DNA of 64,000 nt from positions 192,001 through 256,000 of the forward strand of contig CBDBHE010000007.1 in assembly GCA_965205605.1 (NCBI GenBank), read 5' to 3'. The notes below the pieces were generated by a model. That model had not been told where the DNA came from and did not search any database. It worked only from the letters and a program-made list of their open reading frames with translations. The stretch comes from Spirochaetota bacterium. GTDB lineage: Bacteria > Spirochaetota > UBA12135 > COTS27 > CBDBHE01. Of the stretch, positions 63,204 to 64,000 are shown one piece after another (the first letter of the stretch is position 1; every line of letters starts with the position of its first letter). The translations under genes and the position numbers were made by a program.

Positions 63204-63692
63204 ATGAAAAAAATCATTTCTTTTGTTTCTATTAATTTTGTGACGTTAGGAGGAATTGGGTTTTTTCCAAAAGCACCCGGTACGATAGCCTCTTTAGTCG
63301 CACTAATTTCATTTGAATGGATCAAAATTTTTTTATTAAATTATTCTCGATTTTTTTTATTGAGCTTTATGATGTTAATCATCATCTTTGGCACACTCTT
63401 ATCTCATTATAGTGAAAAACGATTTTTTAAATCAAAAGATCCTTCTAGCATTGTCATCGATGAATACGTTGGGATGATGCTTTCAACTTGGCTACTGCCG
63501 TTTGAAAAAACATTCAAATCTTACGGACTCCTTGTTTTAGCTTTTTGCTTATTTCGCTTTTTGGATATTAAAAAACCATTTTTTATCTCAACGGTTCAAA
63601 AAATAAAAGGAGGACTTGGCATTATGATAGACGATCTTATCGCAGGTGCAATAACATGCTCCGTAGTAACCCCTCTTTATTTTCTTTTTTAA
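63204..63692 (+). CDS. pgpA: Phosphatidylglycerophosphatase A
   Basis: APGT; DPSSIVIDE; FRFLDI.KP; GGLGIMIDDLIAG. Confidence 0.93.
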   Translation: MKKIISFVSINFVTLGGIGFFPKAPGTIASLVALISFEWIKIFLLNYSRFFLLSFMMLIIIFGTLLSHYSEKRFFKSKDPSSIVIDEYVGMMLSTWLLPFEKTFKSYGLLVLAFCLFRFLDIKKPFFISTVQKIKGGLGIMIDDLIAGAITCSVVTPLYFLF

Positions 63693-64000
63693 TCTTTCTG
63701 TTTCTTTTTCTGGTTATTTTTTTCATTAAAGAGCTTGGTAACGTGCTTTTTCAAACACCAAAAAAGTTTCTAACAGCTTTTTCTCAAGTCTCCCTCCTTT
63801 TGCAACCCACCCTTGCTCTCCTTTTACTCCTTGAAACCATTTAAATGTGTCGAGTCCATGAAGACTTTCTTCCAATCCCAACAAATGAACCAAAACTATC
63901 AAAGCACATAAACCCACTTTTGTTTCAAAACAAGCACTCAAACACAAACGAATGTCATTTTTTTTGGCTAATTTTTTTAAAAAAAGAATTCTTGAAAACG

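Noticed and set aside
63726-63947. 73-aa minus-strand ORF at the right edge, and other short ORFs nested in long genes
   Set aside because: No recognisable motifs; the nested ORFs overlap well-supported genes in other frames.

Overview
This is a very AT-rich chromosomal segment from a diderm bacterium. CheX, LILISC-type lipoboxes, bactofilin, YaaR and an ftsK-lolA-rodZ-pgsA block suggest a spirochaete-like lineage, which is inference only. The left ~28 kb is an accessory/defence region. It carries the 5' end of a cas12a gene that the ORF track misses (1-274, minus strand). It also holds a complete type II-C CRISPR-Cas9 locus (cas9-cas1-cas2, tracrRNA, and a 2-repeat/1-spacer array with repeat-embedded promoters). 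Between and after these lie decayed phage fragments: antirepressor, terS/terL, tape measure, primase Zn finger, ImmA and serine recombinase. The same region has two DUF1640/Bdr-like coiled-coil cassettes sharing a palindromic operator, a heparinase-family lipoprotein, an RND+TolC pair with no adaptor gene, and an operon encoding an ammonium transporter fused to an HPt/CheA-type kinase followed by CheX and CheY. The right half is mostly metabolic and housekeeping: GH3, GT4, znuACB, dcd, pdxA, ALS, accD, argS, recA, argJ, trxA, ftsK, lolA, pgsA and pgpA. Several genes there are frameshifted (hemB, znuC, a SpoIIE phosphatase). All family assignments come from motif recognition by eye; no searches were run.
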